A stretch of DNA of 16,632 bases from Candidatus Rokuibacteriota bacterium (GTDB lineage: Bacteria; Methylomirabilota; Methylomirabilia; Rokubacteriales; DASRDR01), in the NCBI GenBank assembly GCA_044866005.1, contig JBIOTN010000071.1, forward strand, positions 1 through 16,632. Direction: 5' to 3'. The position numbers and the translations under genes were made by a program. The notes under the pieces are model-generated. The model was given only the letters and a program-made list of their open reading frames with translations. It was not told the origin of the DNA and did no database searches. Each line of letters opens with the position of its first letter. The first letter of the stretch is position 1. Of this stretch, positions 1-8,457 are shown piece after piece.

Positions 1-110
1 TCCACGTCCTGCGGCATCACGAAGATGTCGGCGGGTCCGCCGCAGCGGAGGGACGTGTGATAGGCCAACGGCTCCTTGAAGCGCACTTCACCGCGGATTT
101 CACCAAGCAT
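1..110 (-). CDS. murB: UDP-N-acetylenolpyruvoylglucosamine reductase, N-terminal fragment (runs off window)
   Basis: Hand translation from ATG at 110: [36 protein letters not shown], matching the MurB N-terminal 'EPL..HT...GGPA' motif; AAGGAG SD upstream; overlaps murC stop by 11 nt; canonical position after murC. Confidence 0.9.
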   Translation of the reverse strand, partial: MLGEIRGEVRFKEPLAYHTSLRCGGPADIFVMPQDV

Positions 111-1527
111 GCCGGTCTCCTTCTGGGCTCCGGCCCTTGGCAGGGCCGCCGGTGGCGCGTTGAGCCAGGCGCGCGAGCACCTGATCCGAGACGCCGCCGA
201 TATCCCCGGCCCCCAACGTGAGGACCAGGTCGCCGGGCCGCACGGTGCGGAGGAGGAGCTCCACCAGCTCCGCCCGGTCACTCAGGTATCGGACCTCCCG
301 GGTCGTCCGGGCGGCGATGGCCTCCGCCAGGGTCCACGCGTGGACCCCGGGGATCGCCGGCTCGCCGGCCGGGTAGATGTCGGTCATCAGGAGAACGTCC
401 GCATCGCCGAAGGCGGTGACGAACTCGTCGTGCAGGTGAAAGGTCCGGGTGTAGCGGTGGGGCTGGAACACGACGACGAGCCGGCGGGCGAACCCCCGCC
501 GGGCCGCCGCGAGGGTCGCGCGGATCTCGGCCGGGTGGTGGCCGTAGTCGTCGACCACCAGGACGCCGCCGACTTCCCCCTTGACCTGGAAGCGGCGGTG
601 GACGCCGGTGAAGCCGGCGAGGGCGCGCTGGATCACCGGGAACGGCACGTCGAGGTCGAGACCGACGGCGGTCGCGGCGAGCGCGTTCGCGGCGTTGTGG
701 GCGCCCGGGACCTGGAGGAGCAGCTCGCCGAGCGACTCGCCCCGGTGGAGCACTTCGAAGCGCGCGGTCAGCTCGTGGACGGCGAGCGAGGCCGCGACCA
801 GATCGGCCGGCCCCGCGAGGCCGTAGGTGATCACGCGCTTCTCGATCCGGGGCAGCAGCGCCTGGATCTCCGGCTGGTCGGCGCAGAGCACCGCGGCCCC
901 GTAGAACGGCACCTTCTCGACGAAGTGGAGGAACGCCTCCCGGATCGCCGCGACGTCGCGGTAGTAGTCGAGGTGCTCCGCGTCGATCGTCGTGACCACG
1001 GCGATCGTGGGGGTCAGCCGCAGGAACGAGCCGTCGGATTCGTCCGCCTCCGCGACGAGGAACTCGCCCTGCCCCAGCCGCGCGTTCGCCCCGAGCGCGC
1101 TCACCCGTCCGCCGACCACGACCGTGGGATCGAACCCCGCCTCGGCCAGCACGGCAGCCACCATCGAGGTCGTGGTGGTCTTCCCGTGGGTCCCCGCGAT
1201 CGCGATCCCGTACTTGACGCGCATGAGCTCCGCCAGCATCTCCGCCCGCGGGATGACCGGGATGCCGCGCTGGCGGGCCGCCTGGAGCTCGGGGTTGTCG
1301 CGCGCCACCGCGGACGAGTACACGACGACGTGCGCGCCTTCGATGTGGCTCGCCGCGTGGCCCACGAAGACCTTGGCGCCGAGCCGCTCGAGCCGTTCGA
1401 CCGCCTCGTTGCGGCGGACGTCGGAGCCCGTCACCCGGTAGCCGAGGGTCAGGACCACCTCGGCGATACCGCTCATCCCGGCGCCGCCGATGCCGACGAA
1501 GTGGACCTGCTGATAGCGCTTGAGCAT
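100..1527 (-). CDS. murC: UDP-N-acetylmuramate--L-alanine ligase
   Basis: C-terminal part of ORF 100..2616: [21 protein letters not shown]-loop, [24 protein letters not shown] at 1527; an alternative in-frame GTG at 1542 overlaps the ftsW stop. Confidence 0.97.
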   Translation of the reverse strand: MLKRYQQVHFVGIGGAGMSGIAEVVLTLGYRVTGSDVRRNEAVERLERLGAKVFVGHAASHIEGAHVVVYSSAVARDNPELQAARQRGIPVIPRAEMLAELMRVKYGIAIAGTHGKTTTTSMVAAVLAEAGFDPTVVVGGRVSALGANARLGQGEFLVAEADESDGSFLRLTPTIAVVTTIDAEHLDYYRDVAAIREAFLHFVEKVPFYGAAVLCADQPEIQALLPRIEKRVITYGLAGPADLVAASLAVHELTARFEVLHRGESLGELLLQVPGAHNAANALAATAVGLDLDVPFPVIQRALAGFTGVHRRFQVKGEVGGVLVVDDYGHHPAEIRATLAAARRGFARRLVVVFQPHRYTRTFHLHDEFVTAFGDADVLLMTDIYPAGEPAIPGVHAWTLAEAIAARTTREVRYLSDRAELVELLLRTVRPGDLVLTLGAGDIGGVSDQVLARLAQRATGGPAKGRSPEGDRHAW

Positions 1528-1538
1528 GCGCCCGCTCG

Positions 1539-2759
1539 TCACGCGCGGCTCCGCGCGACGCCGCCGCGCGCCTCGGAAAACCCCGCCGCGGCCCGCGCGC
1601 CGGCGGCCCGCAGGGGGCCGGCCTCGCGCCGGGCCCGCCGACCGATCGGCGCGACGGGGCTCCGAAGGTCGGCGTGCTGCGAGATGTTGAGGAGCAGCCC
1701 CACGCCCGCCATCGCCACCAGCAGCGAGGAGCCACCGAACGAGACGAAGGGGAGCGGCAACCCCTTGGTCGGCAAGAGCCCGATGACCGCCCCCAGGTTC
1801 ACGAGGGCCTGCGTGGTCAGCATGGCGGTGATCCCGAGCGCCGCCAGCGCCGCGAAGGGGTCGGTCACGCGGAGCCCGATGCGGACGCCGCGCCAGAGCA
1901 CGAGGGCGAACAGCGTCACGGTGAGGGCGGCCCCGACGAAACCCAGCTCCTCGCCGACGATGGCGAAGATGAAGTCCGTGTGGGGCTCGGGCAGGTAGAA
2001 GAGCTTCTGCTTGGACTCGCCGAGGCCGCGGCCGGTGAGGCCGCCCCCGCCGAGGGCGAGGTACGACTGGATGATCTGGAAGCCGGCGCCGCGCGGATCG
2101 GCCCACGGATCCAGGAAGGCGAAGACCCGGCGGAGCCGGTAGCTGGCGCCGGCCACGGCCGCCACGATGACCGGCACCGCCGCCGCGGCGACGAGGGCCA
2201 TGTGGGCCGGGCGCGCGCCCGCGAGGAAGAGCATGCAGAGCACCACCGCGATCAGCGCGACGCTCGAGCCGAGGTCGGGCTGGCGCAGGATGAGCGCCGC
2301 CATGACGGCGGTGACCAGGAGCGGCGGCGCGAAGCCACGCCAGAAGCGGCCGACCTCGGTCTGACGCCGCGCGAGGAAGTCCGCCAGGTAGAGGACGAGG
2401 GCGAGCTTCGCCAGCTCCGTGGGCTGAAACGAGATCATGCCCCAGCGAAGCCAGCGACGGGTCCCGTTGATCTCCTGCCCGAAGGGCGGGATGAGGACGA
2501 GGAACAGGAGCCCGAAGGCCAGCGCCAGGAGCGGCAGCACGGCGCGGCGCCACCGGCGATAGTCGAGCGCCATCACGATCCACAGGATGCCGAGGCCGAG
2601 CAGCGCCCAGAAGCACTGCTTCTTGAGGAAGAAGTAGGGGTCGTGGAACCGCTCGGTGGCGAGGATCGCGCTGGCCGAGTAGACCATCACCACGCCGAGC
2701 CCGAGGAGGCTCAGGACGACGAGGAAGAGGAGGTAGTCCGGACTAGCCTTCCTCGGCAC
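1539..2759 (-). CDS. ftsW: SEDS-family peptidoglycan polymerase FtsW
   Basis: [64 protein letters not shown] motifs. Start placed at GTG 2759 (VPRK...) behind a GGGAGGGCGGAGG SD-like tract; the ORF track start at 2834 is an alternative. Confidence 0.96.
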   Translation of the reverse strand: MPRKASPDYLLFLVVLSLLGLGVVMVYSASAILATERFHDPYFFLKKQCFWALLGLGILWIVMALDYRRWRRAVLPLLALAFGLLFLVLIPPFGQEINGTRRWLRWGMISFQPTELAKLALVLYLADFLARRQTEVGRFWRGFAPPLLVTAVMAALILRQPDLGSSVALIAVVLCMLFLAGARPAHMALVAAAAVPVIVAAVAGASYRLRRVFAFLDPWADPRGAGFQIIQSYLALGGGGLTGRGLGESKQKLFYLPEPHTDFIFAIVGEELGFVGAALTVTLFALVLWRGVRIGLRVTDPFAALAALGITAMLTTQALVNLGAVIGLLPTKGLPLPFVSFGGSSLLVAMAGVGLLLNISQHADLRSPVAPIGRRARREAGPLRAAGARAAAGFSEARGGVARSRA

Positions 2760-2785
2760 CCTCCGCCCTCCCTCCCGTACGTGCC

Positions 2786-2964
2786 GCCGCGGGTCCTGTC
2801 GCCGGCTTGCCCCGGTCCGGCCGGGCTCCGTCACCCGTTCGCGCCCGCCCGCAGTTCTGGCGAACCGCGGCCGGAGCGCGAAGGGGACCCACTTCGCCCG
2901 GCCGGCTGCGGGGCGACGCCGGCGCCACCCGCGGCGGCCGGCCGGAGGCGACAGGACCCGCGGC
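2786..2964. repeat. 18-bp perfect inverted repeat enclosing the murD-ftsW spacer
   Basis: gccgcgggtcctgtcgcc (2786-2803) is the exact reverse complement of ggcgacaggacccgcggc (2947-2964); internal hairpin at 2865-2911. Confidence 0.85.
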
Positions 2965-2984
2965 CGACCCGATCAGCATGCACG

Positions 2985-4406
2985 TCACCGGCGCGGCTCC
3001 TCGAGCTGCATGACTTCCTCCCGGAACACGTCCCCGCGATGCTCGTAGTCCCGGAACATGTCGAACGAGGCGCACGCGGGCGAGAGGAGCACCACGTCAC
3101 CGCGAGCGGCCAGTGCGACGGCCTGCCGCACCGCCGTCCGCATCGAGTCGGCCTCCTGGACGGCGGTCACGGCGGCGAGCGCCGGGCCGACCGTTGCCCG
3201 GCCCTCGCCGATCACCACCGCCGCCTTCACCCGGCCGCGTGCCGCGGCCGCCAGCGGCGCGAAGTCCTGCCCCTTGTCGCGCCCACCGGCGATCAGCACG
3301 ATCGGCTCGCGGAACGACGCCAGCGCCTTCCGCGTGGCGTCGACGTTCGTCCCCTTCGAGTCGTTGTAGAAGACCACGCCGGCGAGCTCCCGGACCCGCT
3401 CGAGGCGATGCGGGACACCGCGGAACGCCTGGATCGCCGCGCGGAGCCGCTCGGGCGGGACGCCGGCCCAGGCCGCCGCGACGGTCGCCGCGAGCACGTT
3501 CTCCAGGTTGTGGTCGCCCCGGAGGAAGACGTCTCCGACGGGGCACACGCGCGCCTCGACGCCGCCGAGCCGCAGCGTGATCCAGCCGCCGGCGAGATGG
3601 CTCCCCTCGGAGACCGGGCGGGTCCGGCTGAACCAGAGGACGCGGCCCGGCGCCCGCCCGGCCAGGGCCGAGGCCCCGGGGTCGTCGGCGTTGAGCACCG
3701 CCCAGTCCGCGGCGGTCTGCCGGCTGAAGATCCGCGCCTTGGCGTCGGCGTAGGCGGCGAGCGTCCGGTGGCGGTCGAGGTGGTCCGGCGTGACGTTCAG
3801 CACGGCGGCCACCCGGGGCCGGAACGTGTCGACCGTCTCGAGCTGGAAGCTCGACACCTCGGCCACGACCAGGCCGTGGCCGGGGAAGCCCAGGGCCTCG
3901 GCCGCGAGCGGCCGGCCGATGTTGCCGCCGACCACGACCGGTCGGCCGCTGCCGGCGAGCAGCGCGCCGATCAGGCTCGTCGTCGTCGTCTTGCCGTTGG
4001 TGCCGGTCACCGCGATCACGTCGGCGGTCATCGCGCGGTAGGCGAGCTCGAGCTCCGCGATCACCGGAACCCCCCGGCGCCGGCAGGCGACGAGCGCCTC
4101 GTGATCGGCCGGGACGCCGGGGCTCACGACGCAGAGCTCGGCCGCCGCGAAGGCGTCGTGCGGATGGCTCCCGGCGTAGAGGCGAATGCCCAGGTCGGCG
4201 AGCCGCCGCGCGTCGGGGCCGAGGCGCTCGGCCGGCTGGGCGTCCGTTCCGACCACCTCGGCGCCGCACGCGAGCAGCAACCGGCACGCCGCGATCCCGC
4301 TCCGGGCGAGCCCCACGACCGTCACGCGCCGGCCTGCCAGCGCCGCGCGCCAGGCTGCCCCACGCTCGGCCGCGATCCAGATCTCCGCCAGTCCCGCCGC
4401 CATCAT
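2985..4406 (-). CDS. murD: UDP-N-acetylmuramoyl-L-alanine--D-glutamate ligase
   Basis: VVGLARSG, VVSPGVP, GTNGKTTT, GGNIG, EVSSFQL, PDHLDRH, HRLE, NDSKGTN, LLSPACASFDMF motifs; position between mraY and ftsW. Exact start uncertain. Confidence 0.97.
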   Translation of the reverse strand: MMAAGLAEIWIAAERGAAWRAALAGRRVTVVGLARSGIAACRLLLACGAEVVGTDAQPAERLGPDARRLADLGIRLYAGSHPHDAFAAAELCVVSPGVPADHEALVACRRRGVPVIAELELAYRAMTADVIAVTGTNGKTTTTSLIGALLAGSGRPVVVGGNIGRPLAAEALGFPGHGLVVAEVSSFQLETVDTFRPRVAAVLNVTPDHLDRHRTLAAYADAKARIFSRQTAADWAVLNADDPGASALAGRAPGRVLWFSRTRPVSEGSHLAGGWITLRLGGVEARVCPVGDVFLRGDHNLENVLAATVAAAWAGVPPERLRAAIQAFRGVPHRLERVRELAGVVFYNDSKGTNVDATRKALASFREPIVLIAGGRDKGQDFAPLAAAARGRVKAAVVIGEGRATVGPALAAVTAVQEADSMRTAVRQAVALAARGDVVLLSPACASFDMFRDYEHRGDVFREEVMQLEEPRR

Positions 4407-4453
4407 CGGGCTGCGCTTCGTGGCGTCGAGAAGGTCCAGCGCCGCCCGCTCAT
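4403..4453 (-). other. Putative 16-aa bridging mini-ORF (MSGRRWTFSTPRSAAR)
   Basis: ATG 4453 overlaps the mraY TGA (ATGA); its TGA at 4405-4403 overlaps the murD ATG at 4406 (ATGA). Translation not demonstrated. Confidence 0.4.
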
Positions 4454-5523
4454 CGCAGCTTCAAGGTGGTCACGGCCAGCAGCGCCATGAGCAGGGCCAG
4501 GATCCAGAAGCGGATCACGATCTTCGATTCGGGCCAGCCGGCCAGCTCGAAGTGGTGGTGCAGCGGCGCCATGCGGAAGATGCGCCGGCCCGTCAGGCGG
4601 AACGAGGCGACCTGGAGGATGACCGACACCGCCTCGACGACGAAGAGCCCGCCGATGAACGGCAGCAGCAGCTCCGCCTTGGCGAGCACGGCGAGGGTGC
4701 CGATCGCCCCGCCCAGGGCGAGCGACCCGACGTCCCCCATGAAGACCTCCGCGGGGTGGCTGTTGAACCAGAGGAAGCCGATGCTCGCGCCCATCAGCGC
4801 GCCGCACACCACCGCGAGCTCCCCCGCTCCCCTGACCTTCAAGATGAAGAGGTACTCCGACAGCCGGGCATGGCCGGCGACGTAGGAGAAGATGCCGAGC
4901 GCGATCGCGGCGACGATGACCGGGCCCATCGCCAGGCCGTCCAGGCCGTCCGTGAGGTTGACGGCGTTCGACGCCCCGACCACGATGATGGCCACGAAGA
5001 AGACGTAGTAGAGGCCGAGGTCGGGGACCCATTCCTTCGCGAACGGCACGACGAGCTGCGTGGTGACGCCGTCCGAGGGGTACCGGTACAGGTAGGCCCC
5101 GAGGCAGAGGCCGACCGCGCCCTGCATGGCGAACTTTTCCCGGATCGCGAGCGGCCGCGCCCGCCGCAGCTTCAGCCAGTCGTCGAAGAAGCCGATGCCG
5201 GCGAGCAGCGCGGTCACGACGAGGACGACCCACACGAAGCGGTTCTGGAGGTTGCCCCAGAGGAGGACCGACCCGATCAGCGCGCCCAGGATGAGGAGGC
5301 CGCCCATCGTGGGCGTCCCCGCCTTCACCCGGTGCCGCTCCGGCCCGTCCACGCGGATCGTCTCGCCGATCTGCCGCGCGCGGAGGCGCCGGATGACCGG
5401 GGGCCCGAGCGCCAGGCTGACGAGGAGCGCGGTCAAGAGCGCCATCGCCGTCCGGAACGTGATGTACCGGAAGACGTTGAAGGCGATGTGGTACTTCGCG
5501 AGCGCCCCGAGGTACGTCAGCAT
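4450..5523 (-). CDS. mraY: Phospho-N-acetylmuramoyl-pentapeptide transferase
   Basis: KAGTPTMGG, IGFFDD, NAVNLTDGLDGLA, FMGDVGS, MAPLHHHFEL motifs; TGATG overlap with murF. Confidence 0.98.
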   Translation of the reverse strand: MLTYLGALAKYHIAFNVFRYITFRTAMALLTALLVSLALGPPVIRRLRARQIGETIRVDGPERHRVKAGTPTMGGLLILGALIGSVLLWGNLQNRFVWVVLVVTALLAGIGFFDDWLKLRRARPLAIREKFAMQGAVGLCLGAYLYRYPSDGVTTQLVVPFAKEWVPDLGLYYVFFVAIIVVGASNAVNLTDGLDGLAMGPVIVAAIALGIFSYVAGHARLSEYLFILKVRGAGELAVVCGALMGASIGFLWFNSHPAEVFMGDVGSLALGGAIGTLAVLAKAELLLPFIGGLFVVEAVSVILQVASFRLTGRRIFRMAPLHHHFELAGWPESKIVIRFWILALLMALLAVTTLKLR

Positions 5524-6917
5524 CAGCGGTCACCTGCGCCCAGGTGGCCGAGCAGCGTCTCGACCGCCCGCTCCATCCGCATCCCGCGCGAGCCCTTGAT
5601 CAGCACCCGATCCCCGGCCGCGACCCGGGTGGCCACGTGCGTGGCGGCCGCTTCCGGCCCGTCGTGGGCCGCGACGTCGGGACAACCGGCGTCCCGCGCG
5701 GCGGCCGCGGCGAGCCGCGCGGCGGGCCCGGCGGTCGCCAGGCCCGCCGCGGGCAGGGCCGCGATCCAGCGCCCGGCCTCGCGGTGCGCGGCATCGCTGC
5801 CGGCGCCGAGCTCCAGCATGTCGCCGAGCACCACCCAGGCCCGGCCCTCGCCGCCGCTCTCCCGCAGGGCGTCGAGGGCCGCGCGCAAGGACGCCGGGTT
5901 GGCGTTGTAGGTGTCGTCGAGGACGAGGGTGCCCCGGACTTCGCGCGCGTGGAGCCGCCCCTTGAGCGGGGTCACGTACGCCAGCGCCTCGGCCGCCGCG
6001 TCGAGCGGCACCCCCAGCGCCACGCCGACCGCGACGGCCGCCGCGGCGTTTCCCGCGTTGTGGCGACCGTAGAGCGGCAGGCGGACCGCCGCCGACTCGC
6101 CGCCGAACGCGACGGCGAAGGTGAGGCCGCCGCGCGTCGCCGTCACCTCGCCGAGCCGGATGTCGGCCGCCGCCGCGCGCCCGTACGTCACCACGCGGCC
6201 GCGCGCCTCGCGGGCGAGCGCCGCGACCAGCGGGTCGTCAGCGTTGAGGACGACGACGCCGTCCGGCGGGATGGCCTGGACCAGCTCCCCCTTGGCCTTT
6301 TGCACGCCCTCGATCGATCCCACACCCTCGAGATGCGCCGGGGCGATCGTGGTCAGGACGCCCACGCTCGGCTGCGCGAGCTGAGCCAGCGCCGCGATCT
6401 CGCCGAAGGCATTCATGCCGAGCTCGAGCACGGCCGCCTCGTGCGCGGGCTCGAGCGCGAGGAGGGTGAGCGGCACGCCCCACTGGTTGTTGAGGCTGCC
6501 GACGGCCTTCAGCACGCGGAAGCGCGCGGCGAGAACGGCGGCGGTCAGCTCCTTGGTCGTCGTCTTGCCGTTCGAGCCCGTGACCGCGACGACGGCCAGC
6601 GCGTGTCGCCGGCGGTGGGACGCCGCGAGGCGCTGGAGGGCCTGCGTCGTGTCCTCGACGAGCACCACGGGGAAGGCAGGCGGGAGCGTGAGGTTCGGGG
6701 GCAGATGCGTGACCACCGCAGCGCCCGCCCCGCGGGCGACGGCGTCGGCGACGAAGGCGTGACCGTCCTGTCGCGGGCCCCGGATGGCGAAGAAGGCATT
6801 CCCCGACAGGCACGTCCGGCTGTCGATCGACACCCCGTTGACGACGCCGTCGAGCCGGCCGCCCACCAGCGCGCCCTGCATGGCCCGGACGAGATCGGCG
6901 ATCGTCAGCCGCACCAT
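5523..6917 (-). CDS. murF: UDP-N-acetylmuramoyl-tripeptide--D-alanyl-D-alanine ligase
   Basis: SIDSR, GSNGKTTTKE, NNQWGVPLT, ELGMN, DDTYNANP, GDMLELG, KGSRGM motifs; GAGGA SD upstream. Confidence 0.97.
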   Translation of the reverse strand: MVRLTIADLVRAMQGALVGGRLDGVVNGVSIDSRTCLSGNAFFAIRGPRQDGHAFVADAVARGAGAAVVTHLPPNLTLPPAFPVVLVEDTTQALQRLAASHRRRHALAVVAVTGSNGKTTTKELTAAVLAARFRVLKAVGSLNNQWGVPLTLLALEPAHEAAVLELGMNAFGEIAALAQLAQPSVGVLTTIAPAHLEGVGSIEGVQKAKGELVQAIPPDGVVVLNADDPLVAALAREARGRVVTYGRAAAADIRLGEVTATRGGLTFAVAFGGESAAVRLPLYGRHNAGNAAAAVAVGVALGVPLDAAAEALAYVTPLKGRLHAREVRGTLVLDDTYNANPASLRAALDALRESGGEGRAWVVLGDMLELGAGSDAAHREAGRWIAALPAAGLATAGPAARLAAAAARDAGCPDVAAHDGPEAAATHVATRVAAGDRVLIKGSRGMRMERAVETLLGHLGAGDR

Positions 6918-6921
6918 GTCC

Positions 6922-8457
6922 TCACCCTCGCCCCAGTTCGGTGAGGACCTGGCGGGCTACCTGGCGGTCGTCGAAGGGGAGGATCTGCCCGCCGGTGACC
7001 TGGTACGTCTCGTGGCCCTTCCCCGCGATCACCACGGTGTCGCCGGTCCGCGCCCATGCGAGCGCGTGCCGGATCGCCTCGTGGCGATCAGGATGGCTAG
7101 TATAGCCGTCGCGCGGAGACGGCACCACACCTACGGATATTTCCCGAATGATGGCATCCGGGTCCTCCGAGCGCGGGTTGTCCGAGGTGAGCCAGACGCG
7201 GTCCGCGAGCTCCGCGGCGATGCGCCCCATGATCGGGCGCTTGCCCCGATCCCGGTCGCCGCCCGCGCCGAAGACCACGCCGAGCCGGCCGGGCGTGAGA
7301 GGGCGCGCCGTCTCCAGCACGCGCCGGAGCGCGTCGGGGGTGTGGGCGTAATCGACGATTACCAGGAAGTCCTGGCCCGCGTCCACGCGCTCGAAGCGGC
7401 CGGGGACCGACGCCACGCCGGCGAGCGCCCGGCTGATGACGTCGGGCTCGAGCTGGAGCGCGACGCCGGTCGCCACGGCGCCGAGCAGGTTCATCACGTT
7501 GTGCTCGCCGATGAGCGGAGAGGCGAGCCGCACGGCCCCGATCGGCGTCTCCGCCTCGAGGCGGATGCCGGCGAGGCCCGACGCGTGCGAGCGCGGCCGC
7601 ACCGTGTGGCCGGGCCCGAGGCCGAACGTGAGGACGCGGCCGCCGCGCGCGCCGCCGAGGAGGCCGGCGAGCTGGGGGGCCCATTGCGCGCCGACCGGGT
7701 CGTCCCCGTTCAGCACGGCGCTCGCCCCGGCCTTCCCGCCCTCCGGGAGGAGGTCGAAGAAGAGCCGGCCCTTCGCGCGGGCGTAGCCCTGCATGGTGCC
7801 GTGGAAGTCGAGGTGGTCCTGCGTGAGGTTGGTGAAGACGGCGACGTCGAAGGCCACCCCGTCCACGCGCCGGAGCTCGAGCGCGTGGGAGGAGACCTCC
7901 ATGGCGACCCCGCCGACCCCGGCGGCGACCATCTCGGCGAGCAGCCCCTGGAGCTCGAGCGCCTCCGGGGTCGTCTGGCTGGCGTCCCGGCGGGCGCCGC
8001 GGATCACGTACCAGATCGTGCCAAGGACGCCGGTCTCGAGACCGCGCGCCCGCAGGAGCGCCTCGACCAGGTACGAGGTCGTGGTCTTGCCGTTGGTGCC
8101 CGTGATCGCGACGACGGTGAGCGCGCGCGAGGGGCGGCCGAAGTACGCGTCGGCCAGGCGCGGCAGGGCCCAGCGGGTGTCGCGGACCAGGATCCGCCCC
8201 ACGGGCCGGTCCGGCAGCGGGTCCGGCGGCTCCGCCACGATCGCGCTCGCGCCGCGCTCGACCGCCTGGGGGATGAACCGGTGGCCGTCGACCCGCAGCC
8301 CGCGCACCGCGACGAAGCAGTGGCCCGCCGCGACGCGCCGGGAATCGTCGGTGATCCCGTGGACCTCGGCCGGCAGCGGCCCGCAGAGGTCCCTGTCGGG
8401 CAGGACCCGCAACAGCTCGCCGAGCGGGACGATGCGCGAGGCCGCGGTCGCCGTCAT
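6922..8457 (-). CDS. murE: UDP-N-acetylmuramoyl-L-alanyl-D-glutamate--2,6-diaminopimelate ligase
   Basis: C-terminal part of ORF 6922..9771 from ATG 8457 (ATGA overlap with ftsI stop): DDSR, GTNGKTTT, TTPE, MEVSSH, FTNLTQDHLDFH, DYAHTPD, SDNPR (meso-DAP specificity), AGKGHE. Confidence 0.97.
   Translation of the reverse strand: MTATAASRIVPLGELLRVLPDRDLCGPLPAEVHGITDDSRRVAAGHCFVAVRGLRVDGHRFIPQAVERGASAIVAEPPDPLPDRPVGRILVRDTRWALPRLADAYFGRPSRALTVVAITGTNGKTTTSYLVEALLRARGLETGVLGTIWYVIRGARRDASQTTPEALELQGLLAEMVAAGVGGVAMEVSSHALELRRVDGVAFDVAVFTNLTQDHLDFHGTMQGYARAKGRLFFDLLPEGGKAGASAVLNGDDPVGAQWAPQLAGLLGGARGGRVLTFGLGPGHTVRPRSHASGLAGIRLEAETPIGAVRLASPLIGEHNVMNLLGAVATGVALQLEPDVISRALAGVASVPGRFERVDAGQDFLVIVDYAHTPDALRRVLETARPLTPGRLGVVFGAGGDRDRGKRPIMGRIAAELADRVWLTSDNPRSEDPDAIIREISVGVVPSPRDGYTSHPDRHEAIRHALAWARTGDTVVIAGKGHETYQVTGGQILPFDDRQVARQVLTELGRG
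7099..7127 (-). promoter_or_regulatory. Candidate internal promoter within murE (TATACT -10)
   Basis: TATACT on the minus strand at 7104-7099 within a patch of A/T-ending codons; no good -35 match. Confidence 0.35.

Noticed and set aside
1528..2616. Apparent 838-aa MurC fusion that might hide MurG
   Set aside because: The N-terminal 363 codons are an Arg/Pro/Gly-rich alternative frame of ftsW with no MurG motifs.
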